Shown here piece by piece: positions 20,615 to 29,692 of a stretch of DNA of 64,000 bases (within the stretch, counting starts at the first letter, position 1; each line of letters begins with the position of its first letter). The DNA comes from Patescibacteria group bacterium (lineage in GTDB: Bacteria; Patescibacteriota; Patescibacteriia; Veblenbacterales; UBA10138): contig JAHITT010000001.1 in assembly GCA_018817715.1 (NCBI GenBank), forward strand, positions 34,690 to 98,689, written 5' to 3'. Below the pieces are notes generated by a model that saw nothing but the letters and a program-made list of their open reading frames with translations, was not told the origin of the DNA and did not search any database. The translations under genes were made by a program, and so were the position numbers.

Positions 20615-20887
20615 CTAAATTATAATAAAAAAATCTGGTTCCTTAATTACCACTTCATTAATAAATTTTACACTTTTTAAATTAGCCAGTTTTATATCCC
20701 GTCTTAACCAACCATCAAAAACTTGGATAACCTCTGCTGGACCTTGAACAACCAAAGTAACACTGGTGCTGTTTAGCTCGTTGTGCACCCAACCGCTAAT
20801 TTTTAACTGCTCCGCTTTAGTTTTAACCTGCCACCTTAAATTTATCCCCTGCACCTGGCCCTGCAAACTATAACGCCGCCTAATCAT
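20615..20887 (-). CDS. acyP: Acylphosphatase
   Basis: GQVQGINLR and GWVHN. Confidence 0.8.
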   Translation of the reverse strand: MIRRRYSLQGQVQGINLRWQVKTKAEQLKISGWVHNELNSTSVTLVVQGPAEVIQVFDGWLRRDIKLANLKSVKFINEVVIKEPDFFIII

Positions 20888-20903
20888 AAACCCTGGTAAT
20901 AGT

Positions 20904-22169
20904 TCATCTGGCTAAAAATTGCAAAGCTCTTTCTAATTGAACATCTTTTTCTTCCTTAAGGTCTTCTTCGGTAAAGTCCACTTTAATATCTGGCTCCAAA
21001 CCGTTTTTATCAATCGATCGGCCTTTGGGCGTATACCATTTAGCCACGGTTAATTTAACAGCCGAACCATCAGGAAATTCTTCCAAATTTTGCACCGAAC
21101 CTTTGCCAAAAGTTTTTTGGCCAATAATGGTGGCCAAACCATAATCTTGCAAAGCGCCCGTAACAATTTCCGAAGCTGAAGCTGAACCTTCATTTACCAA
21201 AACCACTGTCGGCACTTTAACCAATTCGCCCGCGCCAGTGCTTTTATAATCCCGAGGTTCACCTTTAGGCATTTTTTCCGAAACTACCACCCCTTCCGTT
21301 ATCCAGTGGCTGGCAATAGCCACGCCTTGGTCCAAAAAACCACCCGGATTATTGCGTAAATCAAAAATAATCGACTGGCTACCTTGGGCTAATAATTTAG
21401 TCCAAGCTTCCTTAAATAAAATATCACTATTTTGGGAAAAATGAGCCAACCTAATATAACCGACTTTAGCGCCCGAAGGTAATTCTTTAATTTCACTTTG
21501 AACAATTTTTAAAACTATTTTATCGCGCACGATTTCCACTATTTTCGGCTGATCCGCTAATTTAGATAAAATTAAAAGCTTAACAGCTGTGCCTCGCTCA
21601 CCTCTAATTAACCGAACGGCCTTATCCACCGCCATACCAGTGGTATCGGTATTTTCAATAGCTAAAATTCGATCACCAGACTTTAAACCCGCCCGATCAG
21701 CCGGGGTATCAGGCAAAGGCGCCACAATTACTAAATTCTGGTCTTTAACACCAATTTCCGCACCAATACCATCAAAACTACCAGCCAATTCACTAGCAAA
21801 TTCTTGAGCAGTTTGCGGATCCATATAAATGGAATAAGGATCTTCCAAACCTTGAACCATGCCAGCAATAGCCCCATAAAATAATTTAGTGTCGCTAATG
21901 GAATTATTTATGTAATTATTATGAACGTATTGCCAAACTTTCCAAAATAAAGAAAAATCAATATCTTTAGCTAAATAATCCGGCGCCGGCTGATTAACAT
22001 TGGTCACCTGGCCATTAGGAATATTAGTAATCGTTTGTTTATTTAAACCCCAACCATAACCCAATAAAAATGCTACCAAAACAAAAACTACCACCAAAGT
22101 CGGTGGCAGAGGCCGCTGATAGCGGCTAAGAAAATTACTCTTAAAGAAAAAAGACAACTTTTGATTCAT
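20904..22169 (-). CDS. Carboxy-terminal processing protease (S41A, PDZ)
   Basis: Motifs DPYS, GIGAEI, DLRNNPGG, SASASEI and TFGKGSVQ. Confidence 0.95.
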   Translation of the reverse strand: MNQKLSFFFKSNFLSRYQRPLPPTLVVVFVLVAFLLGYGWGLNKQTITNIPNGQVTNVNQPAPDYLAKDIDFSLFWKVWQYVHNNYINNSISDTKLFYGAIAGMVQGLEDPYSIYMDPQTAQEFASELAGSFDGIGAEIGVKDQNLVIVAPLPDTPADRAGLKSGDRILAIENTDTTGMAVDKAVRLIRGERGTAVKLLILSKLADQPKIVEIVRDKIVLKIVQSEIKELPSGAKVGYIRLAHFSQNSDILFKEAWTKLLAQGSQSIIFDLRNNPGGFLDQGVAIASHWITEGVVVSEKMPKGEPRDYKSTGAGELVKVPTVVLVNEGSASASEIVTGALQDYGLATIIGQKTFGKGSVQNLEEFPDGSAVKLTVAKWYTPKGRSIDKNGLEPDIKVDFTEEDLKEEKDVQLERALQFLAR

Positions 22170-22226
22170 TTATTTTTAAATTAAAGCCACAGCCAGTCTA
22201 ACACTTAAAAAACTTCTGGTCAAAAA

Positions 22227-23477
22227 CTAAACTCTTTTTACTTTAGCACCTAAAGTGGTTAAACGTTCTACCAAATGCTGATAACCGCGATCCACAATTT
22301 CTAGATCATTAATCACAGTTTGGCCCTCGGCAATTAAACCGGCAATTATTAAAGTGGCCCCAGCCCGCAAATCAAAAGATCTTATTTCCCGACCATATAA
22401 AGGCGTTGGCCCGTTAATAATCACCCGATGCGGATCGGCCACCACAGCATTAGCCCCCATTTTAGTAAGTTCGGCAATATGATTAAGCCGGCCTTCGTAT
22501 AAAGGATCGTGAATCAAAGAACTACCGCTAGCCTGAGTAGCCAACACGGCAAAAGGTGCCTGCAAATCCGTGGCAAATCCCGGATAAGGCATAGTTTGTA
22601 ATTTAAAAGGCTTTAACTGCCGACTGGCTCGCACAATTAAACTATTTTCCTCTAAAGTAAAATCAACGCCAATTTCTTTAAGCTTTAACAGAACAATGCT
22701 TAAATGCTCGGGCATAATGGAATTAATTTTTATTTCTCCTCGACCTACGGCGGCCAAAACTGCCCAAGTACCCGCTTCTACCATATCAGGAATAATAGTA
22801 TGCTCGCCACCTGTAAGCTTACTAACACCTTCAATAACTAATTTATGAGTACCAATACCGCTTATCTGGGCGCCTAATTTATTTAAAAAATTACACAAAT
22901 CCTGAACATGCGGTTCAGCCGCCGCCAATTCTATAGTGGTTAAACCTTTAGCTAAAACCGCGGCCATAATAATATTTTCCGTGGCCGTAACCGAAAACTC
23001 TGGCAAAACTATCTGGGCACCATGCAAACCATTGGCTTTTAAAACATAAGAATCTTCAACCTGTTCCACTTTGGCGCCTAATTGCTTTAAACCAACAAAA
23101 TGAGCGGCCAAGGGTCGATTGCCGATTATACAACCGCCCGGTTCGGGCAAACTTACTTCGCCTAACCGACTAAGCAAGGGGCCAAACATTAAAACCGATG
23201 AACGCATACTACGCACCAAGGCCCTGTCTAATTTAGCAGCTGAAATTTCTTTAGCTTCAATTTGTACGCTCTCGCCCTGCCTTACCACCTTAGCGCCCAA
23301 ACCAACCAATAAAGCCAACATTTTTTCCACATCAGCAATTTGTGGCACGTTATTAAGCTTCACCACTTCTTGAGTCAACAAACAAGCCGCCACAATCGGT
23401 GTGGTAGCGTTTTTAGCTCCTTGAACAGTAATTTGGCCGTGCAAAGGTCGGCCGCCTTCTATCAAAAGTGATCCCAT
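22227..23477 (-). CDS. murA: UDP-N-acetylglucosamine 1-carboxyvinyltransferase
   Basis: Motifs GAKNA, PGGC.IG.RP, SVTATEN, DLRAGA and DRGY. Confidence 0.97.
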   Translation of the reverse strand: MGSLLIEGGRPLHGQITVQGAKNATTPIVAACLLTQEVVKLNNVPQIADVEKMLALLVGLGAKVVRQGESVQIEAKEISAAKLDRALVRSMRSSVLMFGPLLSRLGEVSLPEPGGCIIGNRPLAAHFVGLKQLGAKVEQVEDSYVLKANGLHGAQIVLPEFSVTATENIIMAAVLAKGLTTIELAAAEPHVQDLCNFLNKLGAQISGIGTHKLVIEGVSKLTGGEHTIIPDMVEAGTWAVLAAVGRGEIKINSIMPEHLSIVLLKLKEIGVDFTLEENSLIVRASRQLKPFKLQTMPYPGFATDLQAPFAVLATQASGSSLIHDPLYEGRLNHIAELTKMGANAVVADPHRVIINGPTPLYGREIRSFDLRAGATLIIAGLIAEGQTVINDLEIVDRGYQHLVERLTTLGAKVKRV

Positions 23478-23552
23478 GTTACACTTATTAAAGCTTAACT
23501 TAAATAAGTTTAGCTTATTATTGATAGCATTTCAACCTTCTAGTTTTATTTT

Positions 23553-24947
23553 ATGAATTTATTTTGGCGCCGCTTTATTTATTTAGGATTTTTTCTTATT
23601 TTTTTTCTAGCGGCTTTTGGTCTACTATTTTATCTGCAAGGCTACCGCTACGATTTCACCAATAACCGTTTGGAAAGGATTGGCGCTTTAATGGCCGACT
23701 CTCTACCTCTGAAAGCTGACCTGTTTATAAATGACCAAATAACTCCCCACCAAACACCAGTTACTGTCCAATCGCTACATCCCCAGGATTATCTAGTTAA
23801 ACTAACTCGAGACGGTTTTCAATCTTGGCAAAAAAAACTAAAAGTCCAACCAGCTTTAGTAACTTTTACCGGCCAAGTTAGATTGTGGCCCAACCAAACC
23901 GACAGCCAGCCAATTACCAGCGGGCAAATTAATAACGCCTTACTATCACCCAATAAAGAAAATCTACTGTACCAAATTCCCAAAGGCTTAAATAGTGGCT
24001 TATGGCTGTTAAATTTAGCCAGCGGGCAAACTGCTTTGTTAAAGCGTCAAGCTGGTTTATCTTTTAAAAATTTAGAATGGTCGCCCTCTAGCCGACATTT
24101 TTTGACCCAACAATCCAACAACGGCCAATTAAGCTGGCAAATTTATTCTTTAAGCGACAGTGCCTGGCGCAGCCTTAATTTGCCAGTCGATTTAAATCCC
24201 AAACAATTACACTGGGGCGATGATGAAGACTTAGTTTTTATCTCAACCGACAACGAACTTTATTCTTTTAATTATAAAAACGGCAGTAAAAAACTTATCT
24301 GGCGTGAAGCTATAAGTGATTTTCGCGTGCATGACAATTTAATTTTTGCCCTCAGTTTAAGAAGTAATCAAAGCTTAGCCCTAAAAGCCCTTAACTTATC
24401 TAACTTACAAGTAGTTTTATTTGACGATCCCCCCACCTTGTCCAGCAATTTAAAATTCTTACCAGCTAATCAACCTAGTGGCTGGTTACCTTTATTTGAT
24501 CTAGACCGCCACATCCTTTATTTACTACACTCGCCTTTAACCGAACTTATACCCATTAGACGACTACCCGAAGTTAATTCTTTAGATTGGTCCCCTGATG
24601 GCCAAAGTTTGCTTTTGACCAATAATTTCGAAATTTGGGACTATCAAATAACCGATAATAAATTAAACTTGCTCCTGCGTTTAGGTTCGGCCTTTTCTTT
24701 AGGACGCTACTTTAACCAAGAACCCTATTTAATTGTAGCCGCTGGCCAAGAAATCTGGGCTTTGGAAACAGATACTAGGGACACTCAACAACGTTGGTTA
24801 TTAAGCGAACTTAAAAATGAAGTCCAGGATATTTATCTGGACCCCAAAAATAAAAATATAATTCTCTTAACAGAAGCTGGGCTAAACCAGCTAACCGTTG
24901 ATCCTAGTTCGCTAAGCGATAACCGGCAGCTAATACGTTGGCCTTAA
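23553..24947 (+). CDS. PEGA-domain membrane protein with a propeller-like C-terminus
   Basis: TM helix then GYRYD, PEGA-like segment, and repeated SP/WSP blades. Confidence 0.75.
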   Translation: MNLFWRRFIYLGFFLIFFLAAFGLLFYLQGYRYDFTNNRLERIGALMADSLPLKADLFINDQITPHQTPVTVQSLHPQDYLVKLTRDGFQSWQKKLKVQPALVTFTGQVRLWPNQTDSQPITSGQINNALLSPNKENLLYQIPKGLNSGLWLLNLASGQTALLKRQAGLSFKNLEWSPSSRHFLTQQSNNGQLSWQIYSLSDSAWRSLNLPVDLNPKQLHWGDDEDLVFISTDNELYSFNYKNGSKKLIWREAISDFRVHDNLIFALSLRSNQSLALKALNLSNLQVVLFDDPPTLSSNLKFLPANQPSGWLPLFDLDRHILYLLHSPLTELIPIRRLPEVNSLDWSPDGQSLLLTNNFEIWDYQITDNKLNLLLRLGSAFSLGRYFNQEPYLIVAAGQEIWALETDTRDTQQRWLLSELKNEVQDIYLDPKNKNIILLTEAGLNQLTVDPSSLSDNRQLIRWP

Positions 24948-25620
24948 GCAAAGAATCAAAAGTACCGGCATCTATCCATTCACCAGTTACTGTATCAACT
25001 ATTAATTCACCGCGCTGTAAATACCAATTGTGCAAATCAGTTATTTCCAACTCACCCCGCGCCGATGGTTTAAGATTTTTAGCTACTTCCACCACTCGAT
25101 TATCATAGATATATAAACCAGTAATGGCATAGTTGGATAAAAATTCCTGGGGTTTTTCTTGTATAACCGTGGCTTTTTTTTGCTCGTCAAATTTTACCAC
25201 ACCAAACCGTTCCGGATCGGTTACTTCTTTGGCAAAAATATGCCCACCGCCAGTAAAAGATTTAATAGCCTGACTAAAATCATCCTGAAAAATATTATCC
25301 CCCAAAATCATAGTAACATTGTCCTGACCGATAAAATCAGCACCAATCACAAAAGCTTGGGATAAACCTTCAGGTCTGTCTTGTATTTCGTAAGTAAACT
25401 TAGCGCCAAATTGCCGACCCGAACCTAATAAATGCAAAAAATCTCCAGCGTGTTCTGGTGAAACAATAATCAAAATCTCCTTAATCCCCGCTTTCAACAA
25501 AGTTTCCAAGGGATACATAATCATCGGCTTGTTATAGATGGGTAATAATTGCTTACTGGTTACGGTTGTTAAAGGCTTTAATCTACTACCTTCACCGCCG
25601 GCTAAAATTATTCCTTTCAT
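24904..25620 (-). CDS. rmlA: Glucose-1-phosphate thymidylyltransferase (short form)
   Basis: Motifs GIILAGG.GSRL.PLT, SKQLLP, ARGELEITD and W.DAGT. Confidence 0.93.
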   Translation of the reverse strand: MKGIILAGGEGSRLKPLTTVTSKQLLPIYNKPMIMYPLETLLKAGIKEILIIVSPEHAGDFLHLLGSGRQFGAKFTYEIQDRPEGLSQAFVIGADFIGQDNVTMILGDNIFQDDFSQAIKSFTGGGHIFAKEVTDPERFGVVKFDEQKKATVIQEKPQEFLSNYAITGLYIYDNRVVEVAKNLKPSARGELEITDLHNWYLQRGELIVDTVTGEWIDAGTFDSLLKANVLAAGYRLAN

Positions 25621-26492
25621 AAAGTTGTTTGTAAATATTCTTTAACCGCTTCTTGCCAAGGGCGCAAGTGCGGAAACTTAGTATTAAGTAAAATAGCTTT
25701 TTTGGGCCGAACCACTAGATCTGGATAATCAGCCGAGGCCACCGGTTGTAAAGAATTTTTTAAACCCCGTAACCGTCCAATTTCTCTAGCTAATTCATAC
25801 CAACTAGTTGCTTGCTCATTTACCAAATGATAAATACCCGGCTCATAACCATTACTTAGTAACTTGCGCACAGCGTTAGCCAAATCCACTGTGTAGGTTG
25901 GTTTACCAAATTGATCATTAACCACCTGAAGATTTTTTTGTTGTTGAGCTTTTTGTAAAATAGTGGCTATAAAATTCAAACCTCTAGGCTTGCCCCGTTG
26001 AGGCGTCCGCCCATACAACCAAGAAGTTCTAATCAAAAAACCATTTTGATAATTTAAAATATGCTTTTCACCAGCCATTTTACTTTGGCCATAATAATTT
26101 AAAGGTTTAGGTCTGGCTGACTCATCATAACCAGCCGCCTCGGTTAAACCATCAAACACGTATTCTGTGGAAAAATGCACTAACCAAGCATCTAATAATT
26201 TAGCGCTGTCGGCCAAATAACCAACGGCTCGGTCATTTAAACTATCAGCTGCTGTATGATTGTCTTCGGCACCTAAAACATCGGTATAACCAGTGGCGTT
26301 AATAATAATCTTTGGTTTAAGCTCTTTAATTTTTAATAAAACTTCAGCCTGATTAGTAACATCAATCTGTTCCTTATCCCACAAAACTAAACCAGGTAAA
26401 TCAGCCAAAACTAAGGCCAAATCACTGCCCAACATACCTAAAACACCCAGTAATAAAACTTTATCGTTTGGCTTGTTTAACAAATTCTGCAT
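25617..26492 (-). CDS. rmlD: dTDP-4-dehydrorhamnose reductase
   Basis: G..GMLG, STEYVFDG, YGQSK and NDQFGKPT. Confidence 0.92.
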   Translation of the reverse strand: MQNLLNKPNDKVLLLGVLGMLGSDLALVLADLPGLVLWDKEQIDVTNQAEVLLKIKELKPKIIINATGYTDVLGAEDNHTAADSLNDRAVGYLADSAKLLDAWLVHFSTEYVFDGLTEAAGYDESARPKPLNYYGQSKMAGEKHILNYQNGFLIRTSWLYGRTPQRGKPRGLNFIATILQKAQQQKNLQVVNDQFGKPTYTVDLANAVRKLLSNGYEPGIYHLVNEQATSWYELAREIGRLRGLKNSLQPVASADYPDLVVRPKKAILLNTKFPHLRPWQEAVKEYLQTTL

Positions 26493-26862
26493 AATCGTTT
26501 ATATAATCCTGGCGCGCTGAATCATAATTAGTGGATGATAAAGCCATTAGCACGCAATCTTGAGAAAAATCTTTAAAATGATGCCAAACATAGTTACCTA
26601 CGTAAATAGCTTCCCCGGTTTTTAAAATTACTTCTTGGCAACCCAAACCGTTACTATCAATAACAGCTGTTACCTGACCAACTAAACAAATAAAACACTC
26701 TTTCTCCACTTTGTGACAATGAGAACCGGTCGGCTGACTAGCCTTAAGTAAGGCGTAAACCCGCTCTACTGTAAAATCCAAGCGCTCTTTAACCTCCAGT
26801 GGTATTAAACTGAATCGTTCATTTTTGTGGATAGGTAAAATTATTTTTTTAAACAAGCCCAT
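26461..26862 (-). CDS. FdtA/QdtA-like cupin (sugar-nucleotide isomerase/epimerase)
   Basis: RVY, GSHCH, VWH, LSS..YD..DYI.DY.EF. Confidence 0.8.
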   Translation of the reverse strand: MGLFKKIILPIHKNERFSLIPLEVKERLDFTVERVYALLKASQPTGSHCHKVEKECFICLVGQVTAVIDSNGLGCQEVILKTGEAIYVGNYVWHHFKDFSQDCVLMALSSTNYDSARQDYINDYAEFVKQAKR

Positions 26863-26872
26863 AAAACTCCTA

Positions 26873-27877
26873 TTATTTTAAATGCTCATTAAAAGCCGAC
26901 TGCCTGGCCAATAAATTTTTAACCCACTCTTGATTATTTAAATACCAATCAACTGTTTCTTTAATGGCCTTGGTAAAATCATAAGCCGGCCGCCAATCAA
27001 GCTCTTGAGCAATTTTGGAAGCATCAATAGCATAACGTCGATCGTGACCCGGTCGATCTTTCACAAAAGTTATTAAATCTTCCGATTTATTAAGTTGCTT
27101 TAAAATTATTTTAGCTATGTCTAAATTAGACATTTCATTATGTCCGCCAATATTATAAACTTGGCCGGGCACACCCTTATGCAACATGGCGTCAATAGCT
27201 GTACAGTGATCCCTAACATACAACCAATCACGTACGTTAAGCCCGTCGCCGTACAAAGGCAAGGGTAAATTCTGGCTAGCCCGAGTAATAAAAAACGGAA
27301 TTAATTTTTCCGGAAATTGATAAGGCCCATAATTATTAGAACAATGGCTTACCACCACCGGCAAGGCAAAAGTTTTCCAAGCCGCTCGGCATAGCAAATC
27401 ACCAGCCGCTTTAGCGGCCGCGTAAGGCACATTAGGCTGAAAAGCGGTGTCTTCGGTAAAATATTGTCCGTCGTTCAACTCCAAAGAACCATACACTTCA
27501 TCCGTGGAAATTTGAACTATTTTTTTTATTTTAAACTGACGCGTAGCATCCAATAAAGTCTGCACACCCAACGCATTAGTCAAAACAAAGTCTCGGGCGC
27601 CCAAATGAATACTACGATCCACGTGAGTTTCGGCGGCAAAATTAATTATCGCTTCTACGCCCTGACCTAATACTTCAACCACTTTAATTGGGTCGGCAAT
27701 ATCACCCTGAACAAAACTATAACGCGGATTATTAGCCACCTTGAGTAAATTGTCTAAATTGCCAGCATACGTTAATTTATCCAAATTAATCACTGTATAA
27801 TTCGGATACTTGTCCAAAATATAATTTATAAAATTTGAACCAATAAACCCAGCGCCGCCGGTTACTAATATTTTCAT
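26873..27877 (-). CDS. rmlB: dTDP-glucose 4,6-dehydratase
   Basis: Motifs TGGAGFIG, DKLTYAGN, AAETHVDRSI, STDEVYG and DRPGHDRRY. Confidence 0.96.
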   Translation of the reverse strand: MKILVTGGAGFIGSNFINYILDKYPNYTVINLDKLTYAGNLDNLLKVANNPRYSFVQGDIADPIKVVEVLGQGVEAIINFAAETHVDRSIHLGARDFVLTNALGVQTLLDATRQFKIKKIVQISTDEVYGSLELNDGQYFTEDTAFQPNVPYAAAKAAGDLLCRAAWKTFALPVVVSHCSNNYGPYQFPEKLIPFFITRASQNLPLPLYGDGLNVRDWLYVRDHCTAIDAMLHKGVPGQVYNIGGHNEMSNLDIAKIILKQLNKSEDLITFVKDRPGHDRRYAIDASKIAQELDWRPAYDFTKAIKETVDWYLNNQEWVKNLLARQSAFNEHLK

Positions 27878-27881
27878 AATG

Positions 27882-28295
27882 TTATAATTCTTTAAAATAA
27901 GCTGCTATCTTGACTGATAAATCTTCCGCCTGGTTAATCTGATAATCCTTATGCGGCCAAGCTGGCAACTGGTCATGAGCTAACCGAGGAATAATATGAA
28001 AGTGACAATGGTTTATAACTTGTCCGGCCGTAACGCCATTATTCAAAGTTAAATTAAAACCCGAACTAGCTGTACCTTTAACCACTGCTTTAGCCACAAT
28101 TTTAGCAAACTTTATTAAACCAACCGCTGATTCCTCGGGCAAACTTAATAAATCCTCATAATGTTTTTTGGGTATTACCAAGGTGTGGCCCGGTTGAACT
28201 GGTTTAATATCTAAAAAAGCCAAATAATCTTCAGTTTCCGCCACTAGCCAAGCTGGCAATTCTTTATTTACTATTTTACAAAAAATACAATCCAT
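27882..28295 (-). CDS. HIT family hydrolase
   Basis: CIFCKI, GHTLVIPK and HCHFHIIPR. Confidence 0.94.
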   Translation of the reverse strand: MDCIFCKIVNKELPAWLVAETEDYLAFLDIKPVQPGHTLVIPKKHYEDLLSLPEESAVGLIKFAKIVAKAVVKGTASSGFNLTLNNGVTAGQVINHCHFHIIPRLAHDQLPAWPHKDYQINQAEDLSVKIAAYFKEL

Positions 28296-28307
28296 AATAA
28301 ATTCATT

Positions 28308-28387
28308 AAATCCGAAATCCTAAATAATTTAAATATTGGTTTGTTGTTTGATATTTGAAATTAAACATTTTTAATGTTTAGAATTTT
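28308..28387. repeat. Degenerate heptamer-periodic palindrome
   Basis: AAATCCG-AAATCCT-AAATAAT followed by a T-rich inverted counterpart. Confidence 0.45.
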
Positions 28388-28389
28388 AT

Positions 28390-28872
28390 CTAATACAACA
28401 TCAGCTCCTGTCTTAAACCGGCTAAATATTTTTGGGCAGCTACAGTGTCCTGTTCTTCTGGCGACCAAGGCGCCATAATTTTATGAGTAGCTGGTTGCCA
28501 AGGTCCTTCAGTAACTATATAAACGGCTGTATCAGCCTCTAAAGCAATTGACATATGCCAAGTATTCGACTCTATTTCCAAAACATAGGGACTAACCTTG
28601 GCTGTTAAAATAATCTGGCTAGCTGGCCGACCGTCTTCGGCAAACTCCACCATAGCTAATTTACCCTGTAAAACAACCATCACTTCCACCTTGTCCGGCG
28701 ATTGATGTTTGTGCGGACGGACGTAAGAATCTGGTTGAATTACATTAAGTAAACGATGAATCTTATCATCATTATCTTGATGAAAAGTGTATAAACTGCG
28801 CCGCCTGGCTGAATTCTGAGCTGCCGCCGCTATTTCGTTTATTAAATTGTCGTCTAGCAGTTTAAAAGACAT
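28390..28872 (-). CDS. WbuC-family cupin metalloprotein
   Basis: S.RRR...FH, PDSYVRPHKH, WH and EGP. Confidence 0.87.
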   Translation of the reverse strand: MSFKLLDDNLINEIAAAAQNSARRRSLYTFHQDNDDKIHRLLNVIQPDSYVRPHKHQSPDKVEVMVVLQGKLAMVEFAEDGRPASQIILTAKVSPYVLEIESNTWHMSIALEADTAVYIVTEGPWQPATHKIMAPWSPEEQDTVAAQKYLAGLRQELMLY

Positions 28873-28877
28873 AAGAC

Positions 28878-29165
28878 TTACTTAATTAGCCTAACTATTA
28901 AAACACTTATTATTATAACAGATAGAATTAATTGGCTGTAATAAGCTAATTTATTCCCCTGTTTTACCGGCTGACCAATTAGCCAAGCTATTAGAGCTAA
29001 CACTAAAATCAAATTAAGGTCAAGGTACAAACTTACCCCGCCCGGCCTAACTAATTCTAAAAGCCACATTAACCACCAAGCACCTAATAATCCCAAAGAT
29101 AATTCGCCTAACCACCGACGGATTAATTTACTAACTCGATAATCTAATATTGATAAATTAATCAT
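28878..29165 (-). CDS. Small membrane protein
   Basis: Hydrophobic, LE...PG.V motif; ATGA overlap with the upstream gene. Confidence 0.6.
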   Translation of the reverse strand: MINLSILDYRVSKLIRRWLGELSLGLLGAWWLMWLLELVRPGGVSLYLDLNLILVLALIAWLIGQPVKQGNKLAYYSQLILSVIIISVLIVRLIK

Positions 29166-29692
29166 AACCAAAAAAATAATCTGCTTTTAAGCCAACCCTT
29201 GGAAAAATTATTTCTTACTATTTCCACTTGGACTTTTTTTATTATTAAATCTTCGGCCGGCATATCTTTAATCGACAAAATAAAACGCCAACTATAATCC
29301 GGTGCTAGTTGTCCAATCGGTTCGGCTACTATCAAATAAATGACTTCGTCCCCTTGTTCTATTTTAGTCTGTGGCCACCATTGCCAAGACCACTCGCCAA
29401 CCTGACGCGAACCAATAGTTACCTCAGCCTGACCCTTTACCAACAGTTTTAACTTAACCGCCTGAGCTCGGGGTGGTATTTTTATATCCAAATACAAGGG
29501 CTCTTGTTTAACTTTTAATCCCTCCTCCACTCTGGTTACTCGGCCGGCCGGTAATAAAATACCTACTGCTGGCTGACGATTTAATAACCAGCTGTCAAAA
29601 GATAAACTGGCCTGGCTAAACAAATTTTGTCCAGCCAAATAAAGCAAAAATACTAGTGGCACCAGCCATCTTAAATAAGTCGGCGTCCTCAT
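29162..29692 (-). CDS. Membrane-anchored hypothetical protein
   Basis: N-terminal TM helix; coupled to the upstream glycosyltransferase. Confidence 0.65.
   Translation of the reverse strand: MRTPTYLRWLVPLVFLLYLAGQNLFSQASLSFDSWLLNRQPAVGILLPAGRVTRVEEGLKVKQEPLYLDIKIPPRAQAVKLKLLVKGQAEVTIGSRQVGEWSWQWWPQTKIEQGDEVIYLIVAEPIGQLAPDYSWRFILSIKDMPAEDLIIKKVQVEIVRNNFSKGWLKSRLFFWL

Noticed and set aside
24904-24947. 44-nt 3' overlap between the convergent PEGA-domain gene and rmlA
   Set aside because: Short convergent overlaps are ordinary in compact genomes.
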